A stretch of DNA of 64,000 nucleotides, from assembly GCF_009914755.1 (NCBI RefSeq), contig NC_060938.1; one strand, given 5' to 3'. The DNA is from the human T2T-CHM13v2.0 reference genome, Homo sapiens. Each line of letters begins with the position of its first letter. Position 1 is the first letter of the stretch. A model generated the notes under the pieces. That model saw only the letters and a program-made list of their open reading frames with translations. It was not told the origin of the DNA and searched no databases. Both the position numbers and the translations under genes were made by a program. Positions 41,743-55,572 of the stretch are shown here, in pieces.

Positions 41743-41910
41743 AGCTGTGGTTCACAACACAATCTATTTAGGAATTAAACAGATGGATTCCAAGGCCTAC
41801 CCCGAGAGACTGGGACCAAGGATGTCTGGAGTGTACCCACAAATTCTGCATTTTTACAAGAAAATGTCCCATGTCATTCTTAGACCATTTCTTGAAGCAC
41901 CTTGCTCTAG
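41743..41910. mobile_element. MER5-like hAT-Charlie fragment
   Basis: ...attctgcatttttacaag... and degenerate termini. Confidence 0.5.
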
Positions 41911-44689
41911 AGATGATAAGGAGCCAGAAATCAAATGCGTGAAGTGCCACCCTCTCCCTTCTCAATTTACCAGACCGCCCTCTGAATGCTTTTTTCTTTC
42001 AGAGTGGTTCATTATGTTCATTTAAAGCCAGTTCCACTAGATTAGTATGTTTGGTGGGGGTTGGAGGCAGGTAAGGTCATGCAGCGTGACTGGGCTGGGG
42101 AGAGTAAAGAAGAGGCAGAGGTGGCCCAGTGAAAAGGAGGGGCAGCTGCCACAAGAATGTTGTTAAGCTTAAAAATCAATAAAAATGCTCTTCTCTCCAG
42201 GTATGACCCTGCCAAACATATGACACAACTGGAAGACCTGTTAAATAACAGTCATTGTCACAGGATTATAGTCAAAATAATTATAGTATCTGATAAGTGA
42301 GCACCCAGGCCCTGATCATTAGCTTAGCTAAGAGAAAATGCTGTCAGTCTGCCTTGGGTCAAGAAGAACTGCAATAATCAGGTTTCTTCCTGAAGGGTTT
42401 GTCCAGTTTCCCTAGAAAGCAAAACGAAGGTCCTATGTCGCCACCTAGAGTCCAAAGCCTGGAAGTATTGGCTGAGGAAATTCAAATAGATCCGGCTCAT
42501 TGGAGATCTCTGTCCAAGTTTAATGACAGCACCGGCTTCAGGCTTACCAATCCAGTCAGTCCTTTTTCATAGGACAAGAATATGAGTTTGAACTCAAGTC
42601 TCCATTATGACCAGATTGTTTTAGGATGAAAAAAAGTTGGCATTCTTAAACCTTGACTAAATGTGTAAGAGTTCAAGTGTGTGGGGGATGGTCAGGGAAG
42701 TAGGGTTGGTCTTAACTGCTGCTCTCTACCTGGATGACCTTAGGAAAATCATTTAACCCCTTAAAGACTGTTTCTCTGTTATAAAATGATAGGACAGAAC
42801 TAACTTGTCAACACTACAAGCCTTCTAAGACCTCAAATTTTGTGATTCTATAGTAAACTAGAGTCTATTTAAACCGAGCCATTAGTCAAAAAAAAAAAAA
42901 GGCACAGTATGTAAAAAATATTGGTACCCTGAATTTGTGAATGTGACTTTCTTCATCAAGGAACCTATATCTTTTCTGCCCTCTAGAGCTCTGCCTGAAA
43001 ACTGCATGGATTTTATATAAAAATCCTCCAAATGAGAGGCTTCCTTGCTTAAGAGTTGGAGGCTGGCAGCTCCATGAAGTTCAAGGCACACTTTTGTTCT
43101 GCAGCATATTCTTCATTCCTTCTATTCTTGCTTCATACACATATTCTGATACAATTCAGTTCAATTCAACCATTTATTCCAGAGTTCTCTCCCAACTCTC
43201 CCTGTTTATGGCTTTCAGCTGTTTGAAGTAAAATCCACACCATTTATTTGGACAAAGGGGCCAATTTTTCTAAAGGATCTTCTGCTCCATAAATGTTTTT
43301 CCTCTGATTAAGTTGTACAGTGGCACTAAGGAGGATTATCTGTTCTAATTTCTGGAGCCAATGCTTGTAAAAAGTAATCCCAGCTTCTTTTCTTGTGTCA
43401 CTTCCAAGAAATGTGTGCACCAAAGCCCCCGCCCGCTGTATGACAGAGTAAGAACTCTGCTACAAAACTGCCAAAGAAACACAGGACAGCTAAGTGTAAG
43501 TTTAACAGCCTAGTGAGCTGTTAAACTTACACTAGTGAGAGGAGCCACATTTTGAGTCTTTCTTTTGGAGTTATGTTTTAGTTCTGAATTACCGCAGAAC
43601 CATAGCCAAGCTGTGATCCATCCGATCTGCTGGGCTGTACCTAAAGCAAAGTTTCGAGAAAAGTGGCAACAGTGCCTTTTGCCAGCTGCATCTTTCTTAA
43701 CTCTGGCAAAATCTCCATTTTAGGCAAGAACAGTACTGTTCAGTTGGGATTTTCCCTGAGTGGGACTCCTCCTGCTGTTGATAAAACAACAGTGTGAAAC
43801 AGCAGTGATCTGTTTCAAAATTTATGCCAGAAATAAAAGTGGGATAGTGACCTATTATAAACCCAAATACTGAATGAGATCAGTTTGAAGATGCCTAGAA
43901 TTTACGCAAAGGCCCTTTCAGGATTACTGCTGAAGAGGAGGCCCAAGACTCCTTACCTAATCTATAGCCTCATTCAAAGTCTAATCCACTCCAGGGTCAG
44001 ACCCCTGCAGAGTGTGAAGCCAGGCACAGTGGAGACCACACAAAGTTTTTTAGGCACCAGTGCATCAAGAAATGAAGGAAGCATCAGAGAAAATATTTGC
44101 AGAGCTGTAAATGTTCTTTACTGTTTCTAGTCATAAAAGGACCTTACAATGTTTAATCTTAAGAAATTATTAGTATTTATTATAACTCTAAAAGGACTGC
44201 CCTTAAATTTGGCTTTTATTACTTACCCATAATGCAGCTAGTGGGTCAGCCTAATCATAGTAGTTTCCATTTTTCAGCTAAGCATATTTTAAATCCTCAG
44301 GGAACAGAAACTATCAAGTAACCTAGCCTGTTTGCAAGAACCTGCTCTCTGTTGCTGGCCATGTGTTCTGCTTTTATGCCCCAGTCCCACCCCCAACCCC
44401 ACCAGAGTCCTGGCCCATTTTCCCTGGCACGGTCTAGGGGAACATCCTTCATTCTACTCAGCTAGACCATGCTGACTTCAGGAGAACAGACTGGAGAAGC
44501 AAGCCATGGACACAATCTGTCTGTGCAGAAAAGAGTGGAATTTGAACCCTCTGTTGACTGTATCTTTGCATTGTGCGTTACCTAAAACCTTGTTCCAAGC
44601 ATCAGGAAATGTAGGTTTGTAGCAGACTTGGAAGAAGAGGCAGAGATAGAGATACCTTATGGCAGACACTGCTGCTACTTGTGATTTTT

Positions 44690-45062
44690 CCAGGTCTCCT
44701 CTTCTTCCAAATGCTTATGAAGATTGCCCCTCCCCATTCCCTCCAAGTCAAGTGACTTGCTTTGGCCAATAAAATGTGAGAGGACATGAAATCTATCTCT
44801 TTAGTGTGGAAACATTCAAGAGTTGTGTAAGATTCTTAGTGCCCCTCATCCCCTGCATGGGAGACCATGTTAATGCAGCAAGGCTACAAGATCAAAGTAA
44901 CCTGGAATGTTGAGCCACCATGCAAAGGACAGCTTACTAGAGCATTGATGGGACCCATAAAGGACTTCACATGAGTGAGAAGTAAACCCTTGCTGTTTAA
45001 GCCACTGATGTTCTGGCACTGTTTGTTACTGCAGCGTACCTAGGCTCTCTTGATCAGTACAT
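44690..45062 (+). mobile_element. MLT1-family LTR
   Basis: gtgacttgctttggccaataaaatgtgag...agtaaacccttgctgtttaagccactg. Confidence 0.75.
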
Positions 45063-45509
45063 GCCTTCATGCTCCTGTAAAGTGAGCCTCTTCAGTCTGA
45101 ACATCATTCTCCTTGACAAGGGAGACAGAAACAATCAGAAGTTCATATTTCTCTCTGATCTTGAGAAACATGACAACAGCCCAACTATTGGGCTTACCCA
45201 CATCTTGCTCCAAAAATTATTTCCTAGCTCTAAAAATTAAATTCCCTTTTAGCGATCTTCTGTACTTTTTGCCAGACTTGCCTCACTGGGGATATCAGCT
45301 TTTCCAGCCCTGCCATTACATGTCTGTGCCACCCTCTTAAGTTTGTACTTAATATTATGTCTCCTCTTGCTGCGACTTTCCATCATTTGTACATGTTTTC
45401 AAGTCTGGGCTCACCAGGGTTTCCTTGTGAACTCCCCTTTATTCTGTGTCAGGGTCTGAACAACTGCATTTTTTAAAGTTCTCAACATTCTTAAGAAGCC
45501 TCCCTTTTT

Positions 45510-46348
45510 TTTTCTTTTTTTTTATTATTATTATACTTTAAGTTTTAGGGTACATGTGCACAATGTGCAGGTTAGTTACATACGTATACATGTGCCATGC
45601 TGGTGTGCTGCACCCATTAACTCGTCATTTAGCATTAGGTATATCTCCTAGTGCTATCCCTCCCCCCTCCCCCAACCCCACAACAGTACCCAGAGTGTGA
45701 TGTCCCCCTTCCTGTGTCCATGTGTTCTCATTGTTCAATTCCCATCTATGAGTGAGAACATGCGGTGTTTGGTTTTTTGTCCTTGCGATAGTTTACTGAG
45801 AATGATGATTTCCAATTTCATCCGTGTTCCTACAAAGGACATGAACTCATCATTTTTTATGGCTGCATAGTATTCCATGGTGTATATGTGCCACATTTTC
45901 TTAATCCAGTCTATCATTGTTGGACATTTGGGTTGGTTCCAAGTCTTTGCTATTGTGAATAGTGCTGCAATAAACATACATGTGCATGTGTCTTTATAGC
46001 AGCATGATTTATAGTCCTTTGGGTATATACCCAGTAATGGGATGGCTGGGTCAAATGGTATTTCTAGTTCTAGATCCCTGAGGAATCGCCACACTGACTT
46101 CCATAATGGTTGAACTAGTTTACAGTCCCACCAACAGTGTAAAAGTGTTCCTATTTCTCCACATCCTCTCCAGCACCTGTAGTTTCCTGACTTTTTAATG
46201 ATTGCCATTCTAACTGGTGTGAGATGGTATCTCATCAAAAAGTGGGCAGAGGATATGAACAGACACTTCTCAAAAGAAGACATTTATGCAGCCAAAAGAC
46301 ACGTGAAAAAATGCTCATCATCACTGGACATCAGAGAAATGCAAATCA
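45510..46348 (-). mobile_element. Young L1PA2/3-like 5'-truncated element with 5' inversion (twin priming)
   Basis: Minus segment 45510-46235 plus inverted segment 46233-46348; TSD agaagcct(c/t)ccttttt (45494-45509/46348-46363). Confidence 0.95.
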
Positions 46349-46437
46349 GAAGCCTTCCTTTTTAGAGCTTCGTGTGATAGAACTATGCCTTTTTTTGCCC
46401 TTTTATGCATTAAAATCAGTTTTCCTTAAGAATAGGA

Positions 46438-46940
46438 CCATGGCTCCAAAACTGTGTGCTGAGATGCCCTGGACACTACAGCAAAGTTTGGAGGAAAACA
46501 CAAGGATACCAACATCTATCAGATATGGTAAGAACTACTGGCTCAAGATGGTTTACAATTTCAGCATTAGATCACATTCTATTCCTTTTGTCGACATCAT
46601 ATCTTTGGTTGGGTTTTCAGTGATTGCTGTCATAAAAAGCAAGTGTCATGTGGAAATCAATGTAGAGCAAGAAATGAGTGTGGCAGTGTCCTATATGAGT
46701 CCAGAATTTGAGAAGTTGTACAGTGCCAAACATGTACACTTAGTAATTGTTGGTTATTTAAAAATGAAATAAATACATTTTCTTTCAATTAATGTGTAAC
46801 ATTTTTCCCAAGAATGACTAAGTTGTTAGAGCATAAATACTTCTTAAGTTGTTTGATCCTAAATATTTATAATACATGAAACTGAAAAAATCATTGAGAC
46901 ATTGAGGGCATTATGAATTAAGAAAATGTGGTAACCTCTG
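46438..46940 (+). mobile_element. MER119-like hAT-Charlie DNA transposon
   Basis: aactgtgtgctgagatgccc...gaactactggctcaag...gaatttgagaagttgtacagtgcc resembles MER119 as I recall it. Confidence 0.7.
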
Positions 46941-47528
46941 GTCTAGGGACACATCAAACCATACTCAATCTTGTCCTGTTATGTCCTCAAAAATACACAT
47001 TCAGTCGTTTCAAAAATCAGTGCTGGGAGAACTAGATAGCCACATGCAAAATAACAGTGTTGGACCTTTACCCACATGTAGAAATTAACTCAAAGTGGAT
47101 CAAAGACCCAAATAAAGAGCTAAAACTAGAAAACCCTTAGAAGAAAAGAGAAGTAAATCTTCATGACCTTAGATATAAAAATAGTTTATTAGATATGGCA
47201 CCAGAAGCATAAACAAAGACACATTGCATTTTGTCAAAATTTTGTGCATCAAAGGACACTATCAAGAGAATGAAAAGGCTCTTCACAGAATGGAAGAAAA
47301 TATTTGCAAATCATATTTAGTCATATATCTAATAAGGGTCTAGTATCCAGAATATATAAACATTTCCTACAACTCAACAAAAAGATAAACAACCCAATTT
47401 GAAAGTGGGCAGAGGACTTTAGACATTTCACCAAAGATATAAGAAAAGCCAATAAGCATATGAAAAGATGCTGAATATGTTAGTCATCAGTCAAAACCCA
47501 GTGTGACAGCACTTCATGTCCACAAGTT

Positions 47529-47740
<212 letters not shown>

Positions 47741-47757
47741 TTAAAATAAGAAGTGTT

Positions 47758-49500
47758 AATTGCTACAAAGAGAATAAAATACCTAGGAAGACAGCTAACA
47801 AGGAAAGTGAAGAACCTCTTCAAGGAGAACTAGAAGCCACTGCTCAAGGAAATAAGAGAGAACACAAACAAGTGGAAAAACATTCCATGCTCATGGAGAA
47901 GAAGAATCAATATTATGAAAATGGCCATACTTCCCAAAGTAATTTATAGTTTCAATGCTATTCCCTTTAAACTACCATTGACATTCTTCACAGAATTAGA
48001 AAAAAACTACTTTAAAATTCATATGGAACCAAAAAAGAGCCTACACTATACTACAAGGCTGGAGGCATCATGCTACCTGACTTCAAACTATACTACACAG
48101 CTACAGTAATCAAAACAGCATGGTACTGGTACCAAAACAGACACATAGACCAATGGAACATAATAGAGATTTCAGAAATAAGACCACACACCTACAACCA
48201 TCTGATCTTTGACAAACCTGACAAAAACAAGCAATGGAGAAAGGATTCCCTATTTAATAAATGGTGCTGGGAAAACTAGCTAGCCATATGCAGAAAATTG
48301 AAACTCTACCCCTTCCTTATACCTTATACAAAAATTAACTCAAAATGGATTAAAGACTTAAATGTAAAACCCAAAACTATAAAAACCCTAGAAAAAAATC
48401 TAGGCAATACCATTCAGGACATAGGCATGGGCAAAAATTTCATGACAAAAACATCAAAAGCAATTACAACAAAAGGAAAAATTGATAAATGGGATATAAT
48501 TAAACTAAAGAGCTTCTGCACAGCAAAAGAAACTATCATCAGAGTGAACAGACAACCTACAGAATGGAGAAAATTTTGCAATCTATCCATCTGACAAAAG
48601 TCCAATATCTAGAATCTACAAGGAACTTAAACAAATTTACAAGAAACAAAAAACCCCATTAAAAAGTGAGCAAAGGACATGAACAGACACTTCTCAAAAG
48701 AAGACATTTATGTGACCAATAAACATGAAAAAAAGCTCAACATCACTGATCATTAGAGAAATGCAAATCAAAACCACTATGAGATACCATCTCATGCCAG
48801 TCAGAATGGCGATTATTAAAATGTCAAGAAACAACAGATGCTGGTGAGGCTGTGGAGAAATGAAAACCCTTTTACACTGTTGGCGGGAACGTAAATTAGT
48901 TCAACCATTGTGGAAGACAGTGTGGCAATCCTCAAAGACCTAGAACCAGAAATACCATTTCACCCAGCAATCCTATTACTGGGCATATACCCAAAGGACT
49001 GTAAATCATTCTATCGTAAAGATATATGCACATGTATGTTCATTGCAGCACTATTCACAATAGCAGACATGGAATCAACCCAAATGCCCATCCATGATAG
49101 ACTAGATAAAGAAAATGTGGTGCATATACACCATGGAATACTATGCAGCCATAAAAAGGAATGAGATCATGTTTTTTGCAGGACATGGATGGAGCTGGGA
49201 GCCATTATCCTCAGCAAACTAACACAGGAACAGAAAACCAAACACTGCATGTTCTCACTTAAAAGTGGGAGCTGAACAAGGAGAACACATGGATACAGGG
49301 AGGGGAACAATACACACTGGGTCCTATTGTGGGGGGCAGTGGGAGAGAGAGCATCAGGATAATTAGCTAATGCATGAGGGGCTTAATACCTAGGTGATGG
49401 GTTGATAGGCGCAGCAAACCACCATGGCACACATTTACCTATGTAACAAACCTGTGCATCCTGCACATGTGTCCCAGAACTTTAAAATTAAATTAAATTA
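47758..49500 (+). mobile_element. Older L1PA (L1PA8-11-like), 5'-truncated, ~1.75 kb
   Basis: ORF2 fragments ([25 protein letters not shown]), L1PA 3'UTR, and degenerate TSD ttaaaataagaagtgtt/ttaaaatgacaagtgtt. Confidence 0.92.
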
Positions 49501-50085
49501 AAATGACAAGTGTTGATAAGGATGTGGAGAAATTAGAACTTTTGTTTATTGCTGGGAGGAATGTAAAATGGTGCAGCTGATGTGGAACACAATGTGGTAG
49601 TTCCTCAAAAGGCTAAACATGGAATTACCAAATAACTCTGCAATTCCACTTCTCTCGATATACCCGAAATAACTGAAAACAAGTATTCAAGCAAATACGT
49701 GTACAAAATGTTCATAGCAGTACTATTCACAATAACTAAAAGGTAGGAACAACCCAAGTGTTCATCAGCTAATGACTGGATAAACAAAATGTGGTATGTC
49801 TGTATAACGGAATATTATTCAGCCATAAAAAGGAATGAAGTACTGATACATGATACAACATGGATAAGCCTCGAAAGCATTATGCTAACTGAAAGAAGCC
49901 AGATAAAAATGTCACATATTGTATAATTCCCTTTATATAAAATATTCAGAACAGGTAACTGCATGGAGACAGAAAGCAGATGAATGGTTGCTAGGGGCAG
50001 GGGAAGAGGGAATAAGAAGTGACTGCCTAATGAACACAAGATTTACTTTTGTGATGATTAAAATTTCTTAGAACTAGATTGAAGT

Positions 50086-50532
50086 TGTCTTAGTCTGTTT
50101 TGTGTTGCTGTAACGGAATACCCAAGACTGGGGAATTTATAAAGAAAAGAGGTTAATTTACCTCAAGGACTTGCAGGCTTGGAAGTTCAAGGATATGGCC
50201 CTGGCTTCCGGTGAGTGCTTTTGTCCTGCATTATAACATGGCAGAGAAGGTCAAGAGGAAAGCAGACACATGACAAGAGGGACTAAACGAGGAGAATCTT
50301 GCTTTTTAACAACTCTTTCTTCAAGGAACTAATCCATTCCTAGAGAACTAATGTAGTCTCATGAGAGCAAGAACTCATTACTGCAAGAAGGACACCAAGC
50401 AATTCATGAAGGATTCACCCCCATGAGCCAAACACCTCCCACTAGGCCCCACCTCCCCAAACCACCACACTGGGGATCAAATTTCAACAAAAGTTTTGGT
50501 GAGGACAAATAAACTGTATCCAAAACATACCA
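50086..50532 (-). mobile_element. MSTB-like MaLR solo LTR
   Basis: TG...CA termini; 5-bp TSD gaagt (50081-85/50533-37). Confidence 0.9.
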
Positions 50533-50639
50533 GAAGTGATGGCTGCACATTATGAATGTGCTAAATGCCACTGAATTGTACACTTTAAAATGGTTTATGG
50601 TTAATTTCATGTTATATAAATTTAACCTCAATTAAATGT

Positions 50640-50680
<41 letters not shown>
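50640..50680. repeat. (CA)~20 microsatellite
   Basis: Perfect dinucleotide run. Confidence 0.97.
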
Positions 50681-50682
<2 letters not shown>

Positions 50683-51702
50683 GAGCATGGTCATCTCTCA
50701 AGGTTTCTGTAACTTCTACTCTGCCAGTAATTTCCCACTTCCTGGTAGAATTAGTAAGGTCCATTATATCAGGGACATTAGTTATTTTCCTACCCTGTGA
50801 GACAGGGGTTCTTAACCTTTAAGTTCACCTTCAAGGGGTCAAAAGACCCCTTGAAGTTATATGTAAAAATTTAAGTCTATGGGCATTTTTCTGGGATGAG
50901 AGACCACACAGTGTTAAAAATGGAAGTTTCAACACCATGACACAGACAACATCTTCCAAAGTAAGGAAGAAGTCTCCCAAAGGAGATGCCCAAAAACTGG
51001 TTAAACAACTCTAAATCCTTCAGGCACATACAGAAGGTTGGAGGGTGATGGGTGAGAAAGGTGATATTAGGAAAGAATATTTGGAGATGCCTACTTGTGT
51101 GCTTTGAGGCACTGTTCCACAAGGAGGAACGGAAATTGCTTCATCTTTCATTTCAAATCAAGAGGGACTCCTTAAGAGAACACTCACAGAGCTGATCTCC
51201 CCAGTCTGAATCCTATCTGTAAGATCTACAAGGTAAGAGATGGGCTGGGTACCCTCTTGGGTGACAGCATAAAGGAGAGGGGCCTGGTTTGGATCCCAAC
51301 ATTGCCTGGGTTTGTTAGAGTAAACCTGTGTGAGTGTTTCCTGTGGCTAGCTGTGGGCCATGCAAAGGAGAGACAGCTGGGGCTGTCTGGAGAACTTCCT
51401 GGAGAATTGTTCAAACTCATCTAGAAGAAGCTCCTGGTATCCTGAAAACCTAGTGCGGAGGAAGGGGTGTTACCAGCCAGTGAAGAAGCACATGCCCTCA
51501 CCAAGGGAATCCCAGGGAAGAGATCCCTAACAATTGGGAGGGACCCCCACAAAACCTGCAAAAATACAAGAGGAACCAGGTTTCTCACTGTTGGAGTGGG
51601 AGGTTACAGAGAAGCAAGGGGATGAGTCTAGAATGATTTGTGTGGTTACGGGTTAGAGTTGGAAACACTATAAACTATGTTTGGCTAAATACAGATGGTT
51701 AC

Positions 51703-52128
51703 TGCTATCATTTGGTTTGTTGGAGCCCTCCAAATCTCATGTTGAAATTTGATCCCCAATGTTGAACATGGGTCCTAATGGCAGGTGTTTGGGTTATGGG
51801 GGCAGGTCCCTCATGAATGGCTTGGTGCTGCCCTGGAAGTAATGAGTGATTTCTCACTCTATTAGCTCCTGTAAGGGCTGGTTGTTAAAAAGAATCCAGC
51901 ACCTCCCATCTCCCTCTTTTGCTTCCTCTCTTGCCACGTGATCTCTGCACATGCCAGCTCCCTTCCCCCTTCCACCACGAGTGGAAGCAGCCTGAGGTCT
52001 CACCAAAAGCAAATGCTGGTGCCATGTTTCTTGTACAGCCTGCAGAACTGTGAGCCAAATAAACCTCTTTTCTTTATAAATTACCTGACCTCAGGTATTC
52101 TTTTATAACAAAACAAAAGACTAAGACA
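51703..52128 (+). mobile_element. MSTB-like MaLR solo LTR
   Basis: TG...CA termini, AATAAA-like signal, 5-bp TSD gttac (51698-702/52129-33); nested in an old L1 3' fragment. Confidence 0.9.
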
Positions 52129-52273
52129 GTTACATATAGAAATATTTATAGATATGTATATAAATATGGGTTAGGGAACTAGGTTTGGGATATATGGGAA
52201 CTCTACTACCTTTGACATTTTTCGTATATGTAAAACTATTTTAAATGAAAAGTTTATTAAAAATCAATTGTGG

Positions 52274-52890
<617 letters not shown>

Positions 52891-52904
52891 CCAAAGCAAT
52901 TGTA

Positions 52905-53860
52905 TGACTTAATATCCAAAATACATAAACAACTTTTACAACTCAATAGCAAACAAGAACAACAATGAATAATCCAATCTTGAATAGACATTTCTCAAAA
53001 AGAGACACAAATGGCCAACAAGTATATGAAAATATGCTCAGCATCACTAATCATCAGGGTAATTCACATCAAAACCATAATGAGTTATTACCTCACACCC
53101 GTTATGATGAACATTACCAAAAAAAAAACCCCACAAAATAACAAGTATTGGCAAGAATGTGGAAAAATTGGAACCCTTGTACACTTTGGGTGGGGATATA
53201 AAATGGTGCAGCTGCTATAGAAAACAGTATGGAGGTTCCTCAAAAAATTAAAACTCGAACTACATATGATCCAGCAATCCCACTTCTGAGGTATCCAAAA
53301 TAATTGAAGTTAGGATCTTGAAGAGATATTTGCACTCCCATGTTTACTGTAGAATTATTCACTATAGCCAAGAGGTGAAAACAAAAATAAATGTCCTTTG
53401 ATGGATGAATGGATATAGAAAATCTTACCATTATATACACACAGTGGAACATTGTTCAGCCATGAAAAGATGAAAATCCTGTCATATTCTAGCATGTGTC
53501 TGAAACTTAAGTACATTATACTAGTTGGTTGGTGCAAAAGTAATTGTAGTTTTTGCTGTCACTTTTGTACCAACCAAATAAGGGAAATGCACCAGTCACA
53601 GAAGAAATAGTGCATGGTTCCACTTACATAAGTTATCTAAAGTAGTCAAACTCATAAAAGCACAGAGCAGAGTGGCAGGAGGGAGAAAAACCAGGGAGTT
53701 TCTGCTAATGGGCATACAGTTTCAGTTATGCCAGATGAAAAAATTCTAGAGATCTGCTGTACAACATTTTGTTTATTGTTAATACTGTACTGTTCACTTA
53801 AAAAGTTAAGAGGTTAGAATTTATGTTAAGTGTTTTTTACCACAATATATATTTTTTAAG
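52905..53860 (+). mobile_element. L1MB-type 3' end
   Basis: ORF2 C-terminal remnant and 3'UTR; contains MADE1. Confidence 0.8.
53525..53578. mobile_element. MADE1 (Hsmar1 MITE), internally deleted
   Basis: TIR ggttggtgcaaaagtaattg ... acttttgtaccaacc. Confidence 0.8.
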
Positions 53861-53869
53861 TTCTTTAAA

Positions 53870-54169
<300 letters not shown>

Positions 54170-54196
54170 TGAATTGAGATGGTGCTTTGTGCTTAA

Positions 54197-54323
54197 ACTT
54201 ATGCCTAGTGTTTCATTATTGGAACGTTAAGCATGTGGGAGTTATTTACATCCTGCCACTCAAGGTCATCGCCGAGGTCTGATGGCAAAAATTCAAAAAA
54301 TTGCAACCCCAGGCATAAATGGG
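54197..54323. mobile_element. MER85 piggyBac MITE
   Basis: TTAA flanks (54193-96/54324-27), right TIR aggcataaatggg, internal palindrome gtttcattattggaac. Confidence 0.92.
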
Positions 54324-55213
54324 TTAAAGTGACTGCATGACCAGAAAAATCACAAGACCTTCCTGAATTTTCATCTTAGGGCAATGGAAGAAATAGCCTC
54401 AGAAGGTAGGCATAAAGGAAGGGAGGGAATACAAAGAAAGTCGCTCTCTGATTACATCCTGTAAGCCATGTTGCTGCATGTGTTTTCCTCTGATTCTCTG
54501 ACTTAAGCAAGGGTTATATACTGCTGCTTCAAGAAATGAAACTGTCATGAGGAGGTCAAAAATATTTTCAGGACCAAAAGGCACTTGGAGCAGATGTCCC
54601 TAAAATTAAAAACAAAAACAAAAACAAAAAAACACCCACCACTCATCAGCACTGCTATGCAGGCCTCTCGGCCAGTTTTCAGATCTGTGTCAGAATTACT
54701 TCATTTCTTCCCCTGTTTCAAGGACCTGAAGAATTCTCAATATCACAAAGGCTCCTCTCGCCTTCACCCTCACCCTCACCCCAGTGCCTCTGGTGTGTCT
54801 CACTAGCTCACTGAATGCGTTGGACGAGATAGGGTATAATTGGAAAGCAACTCTTTTTTGCACCCTTGCTTTCTATGTAGCGACCTCCTACATAGGCCCA
54901 TTTCTCTCTGCTCCTGATTGAAATTCTGAGTAGTTCAATAGTTTTTGCAATCACATTTAACTATTATAACGTCTGACACAATAATCACATAACAACAAAA
55001 GCTCATCTAATTAAAGTGCCTCTCTTCACCCAACTCAGGACTATCTCAGCCTTGAGAGCCTGCAGTGGGGAAGAAAATTATGGTTGATTCTTCATGTCTT
55101 ATTATTCTACCTCTTCCCCCACTCAGCAGCCACTGTTTGTTCATGGCTCCACCTGGGCTGGAGCAGAGGGAAAGGAGGAGAGGCAGGGGTCAGGAAAAGT
55201 CTTTCTTGCCTAG

Positions 55214-55572
55214 TGTTGTAGGTCCCTGGGAAACAGACTGAGGTTTTGGCACAGGAGAGCTTTGTGAGGCATGTTCTCAGGAACACACCATAAGGGAGGG
55301 AGAGAAGCAGGTCTGGGCAGTAGGAGGTGGTGAACTGCAGTGCAGTTGCCACAGAGGTCGCAGCCACTCCCAGGGGAGCTCTGAAACTGGAATGGCCTTT
55401 CAAGTATGCCATGGGGACCAGACACTGCTTGTAACGGCAGTTGGGTTCAAGCGGCCTCTAAGGAGAGGACGTCACCATCTGCCAAGAGCAATTCCTGGGG
55501 AAGGACTCAACTGTGAGCTGGGGAATGAGTGCCTTGGGAGAGTCCGGGCAGGGAACAACAGCATTCACTACA
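55214..55572 (-). mobile_element. LTR16-like ERVL LTR
   Basis: ccctgggaaacagactgag...agaagcaggtctgggcag...ggagctctgaaactggaatggccttt. Confidence 0.65.

Noticed and set aside
45735-46772. Two 182-aa ORFs on opposite strands
   Set aside because: L1 ORF2 C-terminus and a chimera across the twin-priming junction and MER119-like element; not host genes.
50086-52128. Two MST LTRs 1.2 kb apart as a possible provirus
   Set aside because: Opposite orientations and separate 5-bp TSDs show independent solo LTRs.
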